This document shows, one piece after another, positions 11,001 to 21,903 of a stretch of DNA of 47,885 nucleotides (positions within the stretch are counted from its first letter, which is position 1; every line of letters begins with the position of its first letter). The stretch spans positions 1 to 47,885 of the forward strand of contig NIVC01004384.1 of NCBI GenBank assembly GCA_002269645.1, given 5' to 3'. The notes beneath the pieces are model-generated. The model was not told the DNA's origin. It worked only from the letters and a program-made list of their open reading frames with translations, and did not search any database. Origin of the DNA: Macrostomum lignano. Taxonomy: Eukaryota. A program made the translations under genes and the position numbers.

Positions 11001-14000
11001 TCGTTGATCTTTGGCGACTTCATGAACCCGGATCTTGAGCCTGATGAGCGGGTGTACGAAGAAGCAAAGAGCATTGACGATTTGTACCCGATTGTCGAGC
11101 AGGCTCTGGACGAGTACAACAACATTCAAAAGAACAAGATGCACCTGGTCATCTTCCGCTACGTACTAGAGCATCTATCAAGAATCTGCCGCATCCTCAG
11201 GACGCCAGGAGGTCACGCCCTTCTTGTCGGCGTCGGCGGCTCTGGTAGACAGTCGCTAACGCGGCTGGCCACCTCAATGGCTGGCTACATCATCTGCCAG
11301 CCGGAAATCTCAAAGAATTACGGCATGACCGAGTGGCGCGAGGACGTCAAGAAGATGATGAAGAAAGCCGGTGCTGAAGGAAAGAAAACCGTCTTCCTGA
11401 TGGCCGACACGCAGATCAAAGAGGAAACCTTCCTGGAGGACATTGACAATCTGCTAAACACGGGAGAAATTCCCAACCTTTTCCCCAACGACGAGAAGGT
11501 TGAGATCATGGAGACCGTGCGGCCATTTGCCCAAGCTGGCGACAAGAACGCCGACTTCTCTCCAATCGCCCTGTACGCATTCTTCGTGAATCGGGTGCGA
11601 GAGAACCTGCACATTGTGATCGCCTTCTCGCCTATTGGCGACGCATTCAGGAATCGGCTACGGAAGTTTCCCAGCCTGATCAACTGCTGCACAATTGACT
11701 GGTTCCAGCCCTGGCCACCAGATGCTCTGGAACGCGTGGCCATGAAGTCCTTCGAGTCAGTCGATATGGAGGATGACCACAGGACCGACGTGGTGAAGAT
11801 TGTGCAGAATTTCCACACCAGCATTCGACTGCTGTCAGAAAAGTTTTTGACGGAGATGGGACGTAAGACATACGTGACGCCCACCTCCTATTTAGAGCTT
11901 ATCCTCAGCTTCCGAGGCCTCATCAATGCCAAACAGGAGGAAACGATGCGCCAAAAGCGGCGCTACGTCAATGGTCTGGACAAGCTGGCCTTCGCTGGTG
12001 AGCAAGTGAAGGACATGCAGGAGAAGCTGGAGGCTCTGCAGCCGCAGCTGGTGCAGGCCAGCGCTGAGAACATTGAGCTTATGAAAGTTATCGAGCACGA
12101 ATCGGTTGTAGTTGCCGAGCAGGAGGACAAGGTGACCAAGGAGGAGGCGATGGTTAACGAGAAGGCGGCCTCCTCGCGTGCGTTAAAGGATGAATGCGAA
12201 GCGGACCTGGCTGAGGCCCTGCCAGCTCTTGAGGCCGCCCTGGAGGCGCTGAATACCCTGAAGCCCAGTGATATCACCATCGTGAAAACGATGCAGAATC
12301 CTCCCGAAGGCGTAAAGATCGTGATGGCCGCCGTGTGCGTAATGCGCCAGGTGCCGCCCGACAAGATTCAAGACCCGGCAGGCGGACCCAAAAAGGTGCT
12401 CGATTACTGGGGCCCGTCCAAGAAGCTGATCAACGACATGAATTTCCTGAATTATCTGAAAGAGTATGACAAAGACAACATACCCGTCGCGGTGATGACA
12501 AAGATCCGCAAGGAGTACATACCAAATCCCGAGTTCGAGCCCAGCAAGGTGTCACGTGCATCGTCCGCAGCTGAAGGTCTGTGCAAGTGGATCCTCGCCA
12601 TGGAGGTCTACGATCGCGTCGCCAAGGTGGTGGCCCCGAAGAAGGCCAAGCTGGCCGAGGCCGAGTCCGAGCTGAAGAGCAACATGGAGATTCTGGCGCA
12701 GAAGCAGGGCGAGTTGCGCGCCGTGCAGGACAAGCTGGCCCAGCTGAAGCAGCGGCTGGAGGACGCGCAGAATGAGAAGGCGCGCCTAGAGACGGAGGTC
12801 GATCTCTGCGCCAAGAAGCTGGACAGAGCCAAGAAGCTTATCGGCGGCCTTGGAGGGGAGAAGGACCGCTGGGATCAGGCGGCCAAGAACCTGCAGAGCA
12901 TCTACGACAACCTGCTTGGCGATGTGCTCATATCCGCAGGTGTTATTGCCTACCTGGGCCCATTCACCATGATCTACCGGTCCCAGACCACCAACGAGTG
13001 GGTGAAGCTGTGCAAAGAAAAGAATATTCCCTGTTCGGATAATTTCTCCCTGACCGTCTGTCTGGGCGATCCCGTGCAGATCCAGGCCTGGAACATTGCC
13101 GGCCTGCCGAGAGACGCGTTCTCCATTGACAATTCGGTCATTGTGTCCAACTCCAGGCGCTGGTGAGTGCTAAGCAATCGATTGTAATATACCATTTTGA
13201 GTCTCGACAGTGCAAAGACGCACAAATTCGTTGGTTTTTGCGTAAAAGCGTTGCTTCGATGGGATGCCGCAACTCCCCCAGTCCATCCGCATGGGATTCC
13301 GCAACTCCCCCAGTCCATCGATAGGATTCCGCAACTCCCCCAGTCCATCGATAGGATTCCGCAACTCCCCCAGTCCATCGATAGGATTCCGCAACTCCCC
13401 CAGTCCATCGATGGGATTCCGCAACTCCCCCAGTCCATCGATGGGATTCCGCAACTCCCCCAGTCCATCGATGGGATGCCGCAACTCCCCCAGTCCATTG
13501 ATGGGATTCCGCAACTCCCCCAGTCCATCGATAGGATTCCGCAACTCCCCCAGTCCATCGATGGGATTCCGCAACTCCCCCAGTCCATCGATGGGATGCC
13601 GCAACTCCCCGGTCCATCGATGGGATGCCGCTACTCCCTGGTCTTCACCAAAGGAACTCAATTGATTCTGCTGTCACGTGATTTAACATAAGCTTTCTAT
13701 CGACACGTTTAGGCCGCTCATGATCGATCCGCAAGGCCAGGCCAACAAGTGGATCAAGAACACATACAAGTCGACGCCAGGCTTCGCCGTGATCAAACTG
13801 AGCGACTCGAACTACATGCGCCAGATGGAGATGGCCATCAGCTACGGCAACCCGCTGCTACTAGAGAATGTCGGAGAGGAGCTGGACCCCAGCCTGGAAC
13901 CGGTGCTGCTCAAGCAGACTTTCAAGCAGAGTGAGTTTAGACAAAATTTCAGTAGGTTTTCTGCACTGCCTCGCGACAGTCCAAAGAACCGGCTTTTGTT

Positions 14001-17000
14001 TATTGAAGCTACAGGCACGATAGCTGAGATAAACCACCATTGTCTTTGATAATATAGTAATATATAATTTTTGCTAATTAAAAACAAAACAGTAGCAAAC
14101 CATATAATGCATGACAATATATGTATTGGTAATGTCAGGTATGCATGTCTCTCATACTCATAACAGCATTACTAATCATTGAAAATAACAAACTTATCGA
14201 ATATTTCAGCTAGAGGACAGAGTAAGACGATCATTTTTCCAGTTATAACAACAGATAGAACTATATTTGGTTACCATGGGAACAAAACCGTGTCACCTTA
14301 GTTTTGTTTTGTTCAATTTTTTCGAGTCGGCAATTCACAAACAGTTTGTGTGTGACTAGAGTTATGTATGTACGAGCATACACTGCATATATTGATTGAA
14401 TATCCCCAGCGGGCCACTCTATAAGAAAAACTGGTCCCACAATAAAACTGAGCCAATTACGGAGCGAATTATTTGTAGAATACCAAAGCTAATTTAATAT
14501 CGGCAAAAAATATTAGACGAATCTCGAGCCAGCAGCGGCAGCCGGTACGACATCTCAGCGTCAGCCTCCAGCCTGACTCGCGGCCTCGGTGAGCTCGCAT
14601 GTCGGCTCTACAAAAAGTACATAATAACCAGCTTGGTCAGTTGCCAGGCTGCACGATGAGGCCGTCTGTCTGTGCATCCGGTGCATGAGCGGTGCATGAG
14701 CAGCTTCTTTGGTCCGCATGTGTTCGGTCTTGCATCTGCATGATTCCACTGGCGGCAGATGATAGAAACTACTAAATAAACTATCTTAATGTATAATGCA
14801 TGGAGTCAGGATAGAGGGCTGTGTCACTGAGCCGAAGGATCGGGATAGAGGGCTGTGTCACTGAGCCGAAGGATCGGGATAGAGGGCTGTGTCACCGAGC
14901 TGAGGGATCGGGATAGAGGGCTGTGTCACCGAGCTGAGTGATCGGGATAGAGGGCTTTGAGAATTCCACCAAGGCACGATTCCTTAAGTTGGGCATGTGA
15001 AGACTATTGGAGATGGAGTGTAAAAGTTTTGTGCACTCGTTCGTCCCTTGAAATTCCATTTTCACAGAAGTCACTCACCTTTAATATTGAATTATTTCTT
15101 TTAGAGCAAAATATATTTTTTCATCGTTAATTTCATAGCTTTGCTTTGGAACGCACAGGAATGAGGAACATTTATTGCAGTTAGTTATACTCTAAAAATG
15201 ATCGAATCCCTCCAGGTGGAGTCGACATGATCCGTCTGGGCGAAACCACCATCGAATACTCGAAAGATTTCAAGTTCTTCATCACCACAAAGCTGAGGAA
15301 CCCGCACTACCTACCGGAGATCGCCGTGAAGGTGTCCCTTCTGAACTTCATGATCACGCCGGAGGGTCTGGAGGACCAGCTGCTTGGCATCGTGGTTGCT
15401 AAGGAGAAGTGAGTGGTGGTTTAGACACACCTGTTTTAGCTAGCTATGGCTGATTACTGTGAATTCTACTATCAGTAGGCTCAAACGCATTTTCCAATTC
15501 AAATCAATCCCACTAGGCCGGACCTGGAGGAGGAGCGGCAGTCGCTGATTAAGATGACCGCGCAGAACCGGCGCCAGCTGAAAGAGATCGAGGACAAGAT
15601 TCTGGCCACTCTGGCCGAGGCCGAAGGCAACATCCTGGAGAACGAGAGCGCCATCCAGATTCTCGACTCGTCCAAGATCTTGTCCGACGACATTCAGAAG
15701 AAGCAGAAGGTGAGGCGGTGCTTTCAAGCATGTACACTTATACTATGTCGCTAGCCTAGTGGCCTAGCGCATTCGCCACCATCACTACTGCAAAGGTTAA
15801 ACAGAGTTGGTTACGGTTAGCATGCAGCTGAATGGCACGTTTAAGATGGCCCTAAATATTAAACTTATCTGCGGAAGTCTAGAAGTTAAGAAATTGCTCA
15901 TCAATACATTATATTAGTGATAAAATCAGCACAAGTCCTATGTCGCCAGTGAATTTTTATACTAACTGCACATTTGATATTTAATTTAGGTGGCAGAGAA
16001 AACTCAAGAGAAAATTGATGCGGCCCGCATGGACTACGCGCCAATTGCGAACCACTCATCGATACTGTTCTTCTCGATCACGGATCTGCCTAACATTGAT
16101 CCGATGTACCAGTACTCGCTGACCTGGTTTGTCAACCTTTACATCAGCTCCATCAATGAAAGGTGAGAATATTGGTGATTTTATTGCCTCCTTTGAAGCT
16201 CCTCCTTTCCTCACACAATATTGGCTAGAGAGTTCTAGTCTACAAACGTGATGCTGATTGGCTGGAAAAATGATGCCTAGTCGTTTTCTACCTCTCATGG
16301 GCACCCACCTCACTCCACTCAAGCTGATTGGCTGTCAGATCAGTCAACTTCTCTCACGCGATGCCTATCATGTATTTCAGTGCTTTAGTATTACTATCAT
16401 ACATCATGCATAACTTATATTTAATTTTATCGTTTGCATCACTTTTGCCCAAATGTACGCGTCACTGAAAGATGCATAAATTTAACTCACAATATGTAAT
16501 AAAGTCGTGCATTCAATCCATCACCAAGTTAAAACAGTTAGTTAAAATAATTTTCAGCAACAAGTCAAAGATTCTGGAGCGCCGCATTCGCTACCTGAAG
16601 GACCATTTTCAGTACAATCTGTACGAGAATGTGTGCCGCTCCCTGTTCGCCAAGGACAAGCTGCTTTTCTCATTAAAGCTCTGCACCAATTTAGTGATGT
16701 GAGATCGAGTTCATAATCCCAGCTCGTAGATATGGATTATGATGACGAAAGCTCTGAGGCCGAATCGATTTCGGCAATATGATTGCGGTCCCGCTAATCT
16801 AGCATTGATTGATTTTATTATTATTAATAACAATTAACCACGGCTATTAATCAATAATTATGTATATAATATACGCTTACTAACAGTGATTAATTTGCTA
16901 TTTAACTAACTATTAGTAGCTTAGTAGCGCCAGCCCGCCTGGCCAACGCTTTCCACCGTCATTTCAGTAATAAGAGCCGCATTCTGGAGAAGCGAATCCG

Positions 17001-20000
17001 CTATCTGATTGAGCACTTCACCATATCGCTCTATACTAATGTCTGTCGGTCGCTATTTGCCACCGATAAGCTGCTATTCTCATTTCTAATGACCACCCAG
17101 CTCATGTCGTAAGTTAAACCCCAACCCCCGGTCTAATGAAGCTTGGCAAGCTAATTTAGACGATTTTGAAATACTTCTTCTTCTTCCGAGTTAAAATAGT
17201 TCTGTCTCTTCGCTGCTCCAGCCACTGTCCATGCTATACTTATCCAACCTGCCACTATAACACTGCGCTGTGAGGACTAATCTGAGCTTTTGTTGCTCTT
17301 TTTTATTATTTTTAATTGGATCTTTTGTTAAGCACATTACCGATTGCAGTGCTTCATGTCACCTACCGGTACAGTTGTTTTGCAATCAAATTTATCGGCT
17401 AGTTTGTATAAAACACTTTATATCACAATTGCCTCAAGTTTTGCAAACAGAAAATATTCACAGTCTATTTAATGCTCTATTGTAAGTAGTATACTTCAAG
17501 CACTTTGGTAGAGAGATTGAAAAAGCAAGAAAATCAGAGCTTGATTCACACAATCAATATAGTTGATTCACTAGTACCAGAACATTTGGAACTGCTCTAG
17601 TCATCGCCATTGCTCAAAACCCATATTGCAGTGCTCGAGGCGAACTTGACGAGAAGGAGCTGCTGTTCCTTCTCACTGGCGGAGTCGGACTGGAGAACAA
17701 GCTGCCCAATCCGGACCCGTCCTGGCTGTCCGAAAAGAGCTGGGACGAAATCTGCCGCATGTCTGACCTGCCTGCGTTCAAGGGATTCAGGTGAGAACGG
17801 GTGAACCCAGGTAACTGGAACAGGTGTGTGCTGATCACTCAGGTATAGCTGGGAGCAGGTGTTCCTGGAGCGTATCTCCAGGTTATCCAACGACGATCTT
17901 ACCTATGGACTCGGGGCAGCTGGTCAAAAAAACGGCAGGCAAGGTCCGGAGAGCACTCAGCTATTTAATGACGCACTTCTGTTAATTTTCCAGGCAACAC
18001 TTCTGCGACCACATCTCCGAATGGAAGCAGTTCTACGAGAGCAAAGATCCGCACGAGGCGACCCTGCCCGACCCGTGGCACACCAAGCTGGACGAGTTCA
18101 AGCGCATCATCGTGGTCCGCTGCATCCGGCCAGACAAGATCATCCCAATGGTGACGCAGTACGTCAGAGAGAAGCTCGGCCCAAAATTCGTGGAGCCGCC
18201 GCCGTTCGATCTGAGCCGCTCCTATCAGGACTCGCGCCGCGATGTGCCGATGATTTTTGTGCTGTCGCCGGGCGCGGATCCCACCATGGCGCTGCTGAAA
18301 TTCGTGGACGACATGGGCTTCAGCGGGAACAAGTTCGATTCGATCTCGCTCGGCCAGGGCCAGGGACCCATCGCGGCCAGGAAGATTGAGAAGGCCATGG
18401 AGGATGGCAGCTGGATCATGCTGCAGAACTGTCACCTGGCCGTCAGCTGGATGGGCGAGCTGGAAAAGATCTGCGAGGAGTGGCTGGCCAGGGAGAACAC
18501 GCATCAGGACTTCCGCCTGTGGCTCACCAGCTACCCGAGTCCGAAGTTCCCCGTCACGGTGCTGCAGAACGGCGTCAAGATGACCAACGAGCCGCCGACC
18601 GGCCTGCGGCAGAACCTGCTGCAGTCGTACCTCAACGATCCCATCTCTGACCCATCATTCTTCAACGGCTGCCCCGGCAAAGAGGCCACGTTCGAGAAGC
18701 TGCTGTACAGCCTCTGCTTCTTCCACGCGCTGGTGCAGGAGCGCCGGAAGTTCGGCCCGATGGGCTGGAATATCCCCTACGGCTTCAACGACTCTGACTT
18801 GAGCATCTCCGTGCGCCAACTGCGCATGTTCGTCAACGAGTACGAGCAGGTGCCCTACGACGCCATCACCTACCTGACTGGCGAGTGCAACTATGGCGGC
18901 CGCGTCACCGACGACCGCGACAGGCGCTGCCTCATGACGATCCTGGCCGACTTCTACAACCCCGGCGTGGTCACCGAGCAGAAGTACAAGCTGAGCCCAT
19001 CCGGCAACTACTACATCCCCAACAAGATGGACTACGCCGACTACCTGGAGTTCATCAAGAAGCTGCCGGCCTACCAGCACCCGGAGGTGTTCGGTATGCA
19101 CGAGAATGTTGACATCAGCCGGGAGCTGCAGGAGACGCGCGGCCTGTTCGACTCGGTGCTGCTCACCCTCGGTCAGGCGGGATCGAGCAAGGCCGGCCAG
19201 AGCGACTCCTACCTGAACGAGATCGCCACCGACATTCTGAAGAAGCTACCGCCAAACTTTGACCTCGAGGCGGCGGTTCGCAAGTTCCCGGTGGTGTACA
19301 CGGAGAGCATGAACACCGTGCTCACCCAGGAGATGGAGCGATTCAACAAGCTGGTTGGCACGGTCCGCTCCTCGCTGCAGTCCCTGGAGAAGGCCATCAA
19401 GGGTCTGGTGGTGATGAACGCCGACCTCGAGGCCCTCGGCGGCAGCCTGGCGGTGGGCAAGGTGCCGGCCCTGTGGATGCGCGCCTCCTACCCGAGCCTC
19501 AAGCCGCTGGGCAGCTACATCAACGACCTGCTGGAGCGCCTGAAGTTCCTCAAGAAGTGGTACGACGAGGACAAGCCGGCGGTGTTTTGGATCGCTGGCT
19601 TCTTCTTCACGCAGGCCTTCCTGACGGGTGTGACGCAGAACTACGCTAGGAAGTACACCATCCCCATCGACTTGCTCGGCTTCGACTTCCAGGTGCTGGC
19701 CGTGGACAGCATGTCCACCGCGCCGAAGGATGGCGCCTACGTTATTGGACTGTACCTGGACGGGGCCAGGTGGGATCGAGACAGGTGAGTCCGGGATGCT
19801 AGTAGATTTTAATGGCCATAAGAAAGAAAGTAGCTGCAGATTATAACAAAAATAAATCAAATATTTTAGTAACTGCTTCTATCACAAAATTTTAGTCTGT
19901 TGCAATAAGTAAACTCTGCAAAAAAGTTTAGGATCTTCTACAACCGGGGTCCGGGATTAGAACTCCAAACTCAAAGGCCAGGACTGCTTTTCTGAGTCTT

Positions 20001-20996
20001 TACTCTTCGTCAGCTGGTCTTCACCTATAAATACACTTGTTTGAAGTTCTGTGCGGTTGATATTTGCTCAAAATATAAAATATTGGCTTCTTTCGTACTT
20101 CGTACTTCGAGCTACTCTTTAGTAGGCGATACCTAATACAGTTCTCTAGCAGCAACCGGATTTTTGTAATTATAATCTAGGATTAAACTTCAGCTTATAC
20201 CCTTAAATAGTACTTACTAGTAGTTTAGCGATCAAGTAGACAAAAAAGTTGAGATAGAAATATATGAAGATGGCGTCAAAAAATAAGTTGCTTACAATAT
20301 ATTATAGATGGATTATATGTTACAGTACTCGTTCCCATCTCCCTCGTGTATTTTTACTGCACGGATTGTTCTCGTCCTTAAATAGTCTATGGTAAAACCC
20401 CATTAAATACTGTGCGCTTAAAAAATCTTTTCAGAGAATTTTTTAGACCAACTGTCCACACTACACTGTCTATGGTCCAAACCCCTTAGTCCAGCTTTTT
20501 ACACTGTCTATGGTTCCGACCCCTCCTCAGTCCAGCTTTTTACACTGTCTATGGTTCCGACCCCTCCTCAGTCCAGCTTTTTACACTGTCTATGGTCCCG
20601 ATCCCTCACTCTAGCTTTTTACACTATCTATGGTCCCGACCCCTTAGTCCAGCTTTTTACACTGTCTATGGTCCCGATCCCTCAGTCCAGCTTTTTACAC
20701 TGTCTATGGTTCCGACCCTTCTAATTCAATTCAGAAATTGCCTAGCCGAGCAGCTGCCAAAGATTCTGTACGATCACGTGCCAGTAATCTGGCTTCGACC
20801 GATGAAACGAGAAGAGATTGACGAGAATTCAAATCGGTACACCTGCCCGGTATACAAGACCTCCGAGAGGCGAGGCGTTCTGTCCACCACAGGTCACAGC
20901 ACCAACTTTGTGCTGCCAATCCTGCTCAACTGCACCGAGAAGCCGTCGCACTGGGTGAAGCGAGGCTGCGCTCTGCTTTGCCAGCTCGATGATTAA
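2031..20996 (+). CDS. DNAH12: Axonemal inner-arm dynein heavy chain, DNAH12-like (DNAH3/7/12 group), about 3,980 aa after correcting six -1 deletions
   Basis: Exons by GT-AG and phase: 2031-2193, 2656-2743, 2849-3059, 3155-3230, 3337-4564, 4638-4971, 5042-5531, 5606-6387, 7208-8524, 8604-8916, 9003-9604, 9960-13162, 13713-13930, 15216-15408, 15517-15709, 15990-16162, [16558-16698 or 16968-17108], 17632-17790, 17994-19784, 20735-20996. P-loops: AAA1 [11 protein letters not shown]2 [11 protein letters not shown]3 [11 protein letters not shown]4 GVGGSGRQ. Stalk and microtubule-binding domain are in exon 12; the C-terminus ends [15 protein letters not shown]. The tail ([38 protein letters not shown]) matches vertebrate DNAH12 as I recall it. 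Exon sum 11,937 + 6 nt = 11,943 = 3,981 codons. The family call is very secure; the ortholog call is less so. Confidence 0.93.
3337..4564 (+). CDS. DNAH12: Dynein exon 5 (N-terminal tail)
   Basis: TTTCAG acceptor at 3331-3336 and GTAAGT donor at 4565. Open frame [11 protein letters not shown]...PIFDENET; corresponds to ORF 3407-4579. Confidence 0.9.
5606..8524 (+). CDS. DNAH12: Dynein exons 8-9 (linker/DHC_N2 and AAA1); intron at 6388-7207
   Basis: [97 protein letters not shown]. Confidence 0.95.
9960..13162 (+). CDS. DNAH12: Dynein exon 12 (AAA3, AAA4, stalk and microtubule-binding domain, start of AAA5)
   Basis: Uninterrupted frame of about 1,070 aa: [51 protein letters not shown], coiled-coil stalk, [15 protein letters not shown]. 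Confidence 0.96.
13257..13638. repeat. 30-bp minisatellite, about 12.7 copies, in dynein intron 12
   Basis: Unit GAT(G/A)GGAT(T/G)CCGCAACTCCCCCAGTCCATC in direct tandem with no spacers. Confidence 0.95.
14270..14283. promoter_or_regulatory. Consensus-matching RFX X-box in dynein intron 13
   Basis: GTTACCATGGGAAC fits the 14-bp consensus GTHNYYATRRNAAC exactly. Similar motifs also occur inside invertebrate repeats, so function is unproven. Confidence 0.35.
14808..14956. repeat. 34-bp minisatellite, about 4.4 copies, in dynein intron 13
   Basis: Unit GGGATAGAGGGCTGTGTCAC(T/C)GAGC(C/T)GA(A/G)GGATC. Confidence 0.92.
16558..16698 (+). CDS. DNAH12: Dynein alternative exon 17a (141 nt)
   Basis: TTTTCAG acceptor, GTGAGA donor, phase 2 at both ends. 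Encodes (S)[46 protein letters not shown](I). Confidence 0.85.
16968..17108 (+). CDS. DNAH12: Dynein alternative exon 17b (141 nt)
   Basis: ATTTCAG acceptor, GTAAGT donor, phase 2 at both ends. Encodes (S)[46 protein letters not shown](S). The ORF track misses it because it is short. Confidence 0.85.
17994..19784 (+). CDS. DNAH12: Dynein exon 19 (AAA6 and C-terminal domain)
   Basis: [83 protein letters not shown]. Confidence 0.95.
20463..20720. repeat. 38-41-bp minisatellite, about 6.5 copies, ending just before the last dynein acceptor
   Basis: Unit ACACTGTCTATGGT(T/C)CCGACCCCT(CCT)CAGTCCAGCTTTTT; it ends about 14 bp upstream of exon 20. Confidence 0.92.
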
Positions 20997-21241
20997 TACC
21001 GCGCTGTCACGTGACTGTAGCTTATATCAAACCGTGTAAAAGTACTTAATATTTTGTTGACTTTCACCACAAAAACTATTTCTATTTTGGCTGCCTGCAA
21101 GTTGGTTTTTTAACTATCGAGAGAGGATTGACTATATGCCAGCTCCTACGATGTGAGTTTTATATAGCTTATATGTTTTGAGATTTTTTGAGATTCTGAT
21201 TCCTACAGATTGGACCAGGCCATGTTGCTTGTTGGTTGTAT

Positions 21242-21247
21242 AATAAA
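21242..21247 (+). terminator. Candidate polyadenylation signal of the dynein gene
   Basis: AATAAA about 245 nt after the TAA stop, in an A-rich context. Confidence 0.35.
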
Positions 21248-21674
21248 AAATAAAAGAAAATACTATACGAAGACAATTGAATTTTTCCAAAGATTACAGA
21301 AAAAACTCGATTATAACAAAGAACATTAATTGACAAGCAACAGGTTTCCCTGAAAACTGCCCATAAACTTAAGTGTTTTAATAATCTTAATTTACCTTAT
21401 TACCATTTTTTCAAAGATAAACAACTTTGCTTCACAAAATCTGTTCAAAATATTCTGCCTAGCCTACTCGAAGAATAGGCTACTCGAAGTTGGCCGATCG
21501 GGACGACAGATTTCAAATTTTAAATATACACTCGTATAAAAAACTTCTTAAGCGATTTTCGTACGATTCACGAAGCGTTCTACTTATTAAACTGGTGCCA
21601 AGTCTGTTCGGCTGTGGAATCTCCATTGACAGAGAGAGGAAAAGGAGAGAGAAAAATAAAGAACCCTTAAGAAA

Positions 21675-21903
21675 CTCGACTCTTCACAAACTCGACTCTT
21701 CACAAGCTCGACTCTTCTCAAGCTCGACTCTTCACAAGCTCCAATCTTCACAAGCTCGACTCTTCTCAAGCTCGACTCTTCACAAGCTCCAATCTTCACA
21801 AGCTCGACTCTTCTCAAGCTCGACTCTTCACAAGCTCCAATCTTCACAAGCTCGACTCTTCTCAAGCTCGACTCTTCACAAACTCGACTGTTAACAAGCT
21901 CGA
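21675..21903. repeat. 16-bp monomer array organised as a 48-bp higher-order repeat
   Basis: About 14 monomers of three types (A CTCGACTCTTCACAAG, B CTCGACTCTTCTCAAG, C CTCCAATCTTCACAAG) in the order A A (B A C)x3 B A plus one degenerate monomer. Confidence 0.92.

Noticed and set aside
12974-13691. Long repetitive ORFs ([10 protein letters not shown]..., [10 protein letters not shown]..., [10 protein letters not shown]...)
   Set aside because: They result from a stop-free 30-bp unit lying inside a well-defined dynein intron.
3333-19860. Numerous antisense and alternate-frame ORFs over dynein exons (likewise over XDH and the LINEs)
   Set aside because: Expected shadow ORFs of GC3-rich coding sequence; none shows an independent motif.
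20592-20734. N-terminal part of ORF 20592-20996 as protein
   Set aside because: It is read-through of the intronic minisatellite; dynein similarity starts at the AG acceptor at 20733-20734.
21490-21894. ORFs with (SSSTLHKLQSSQARLF)n
   Set aside because: They are translations of the 48-bp higher-order repeat, with no start context or domain.
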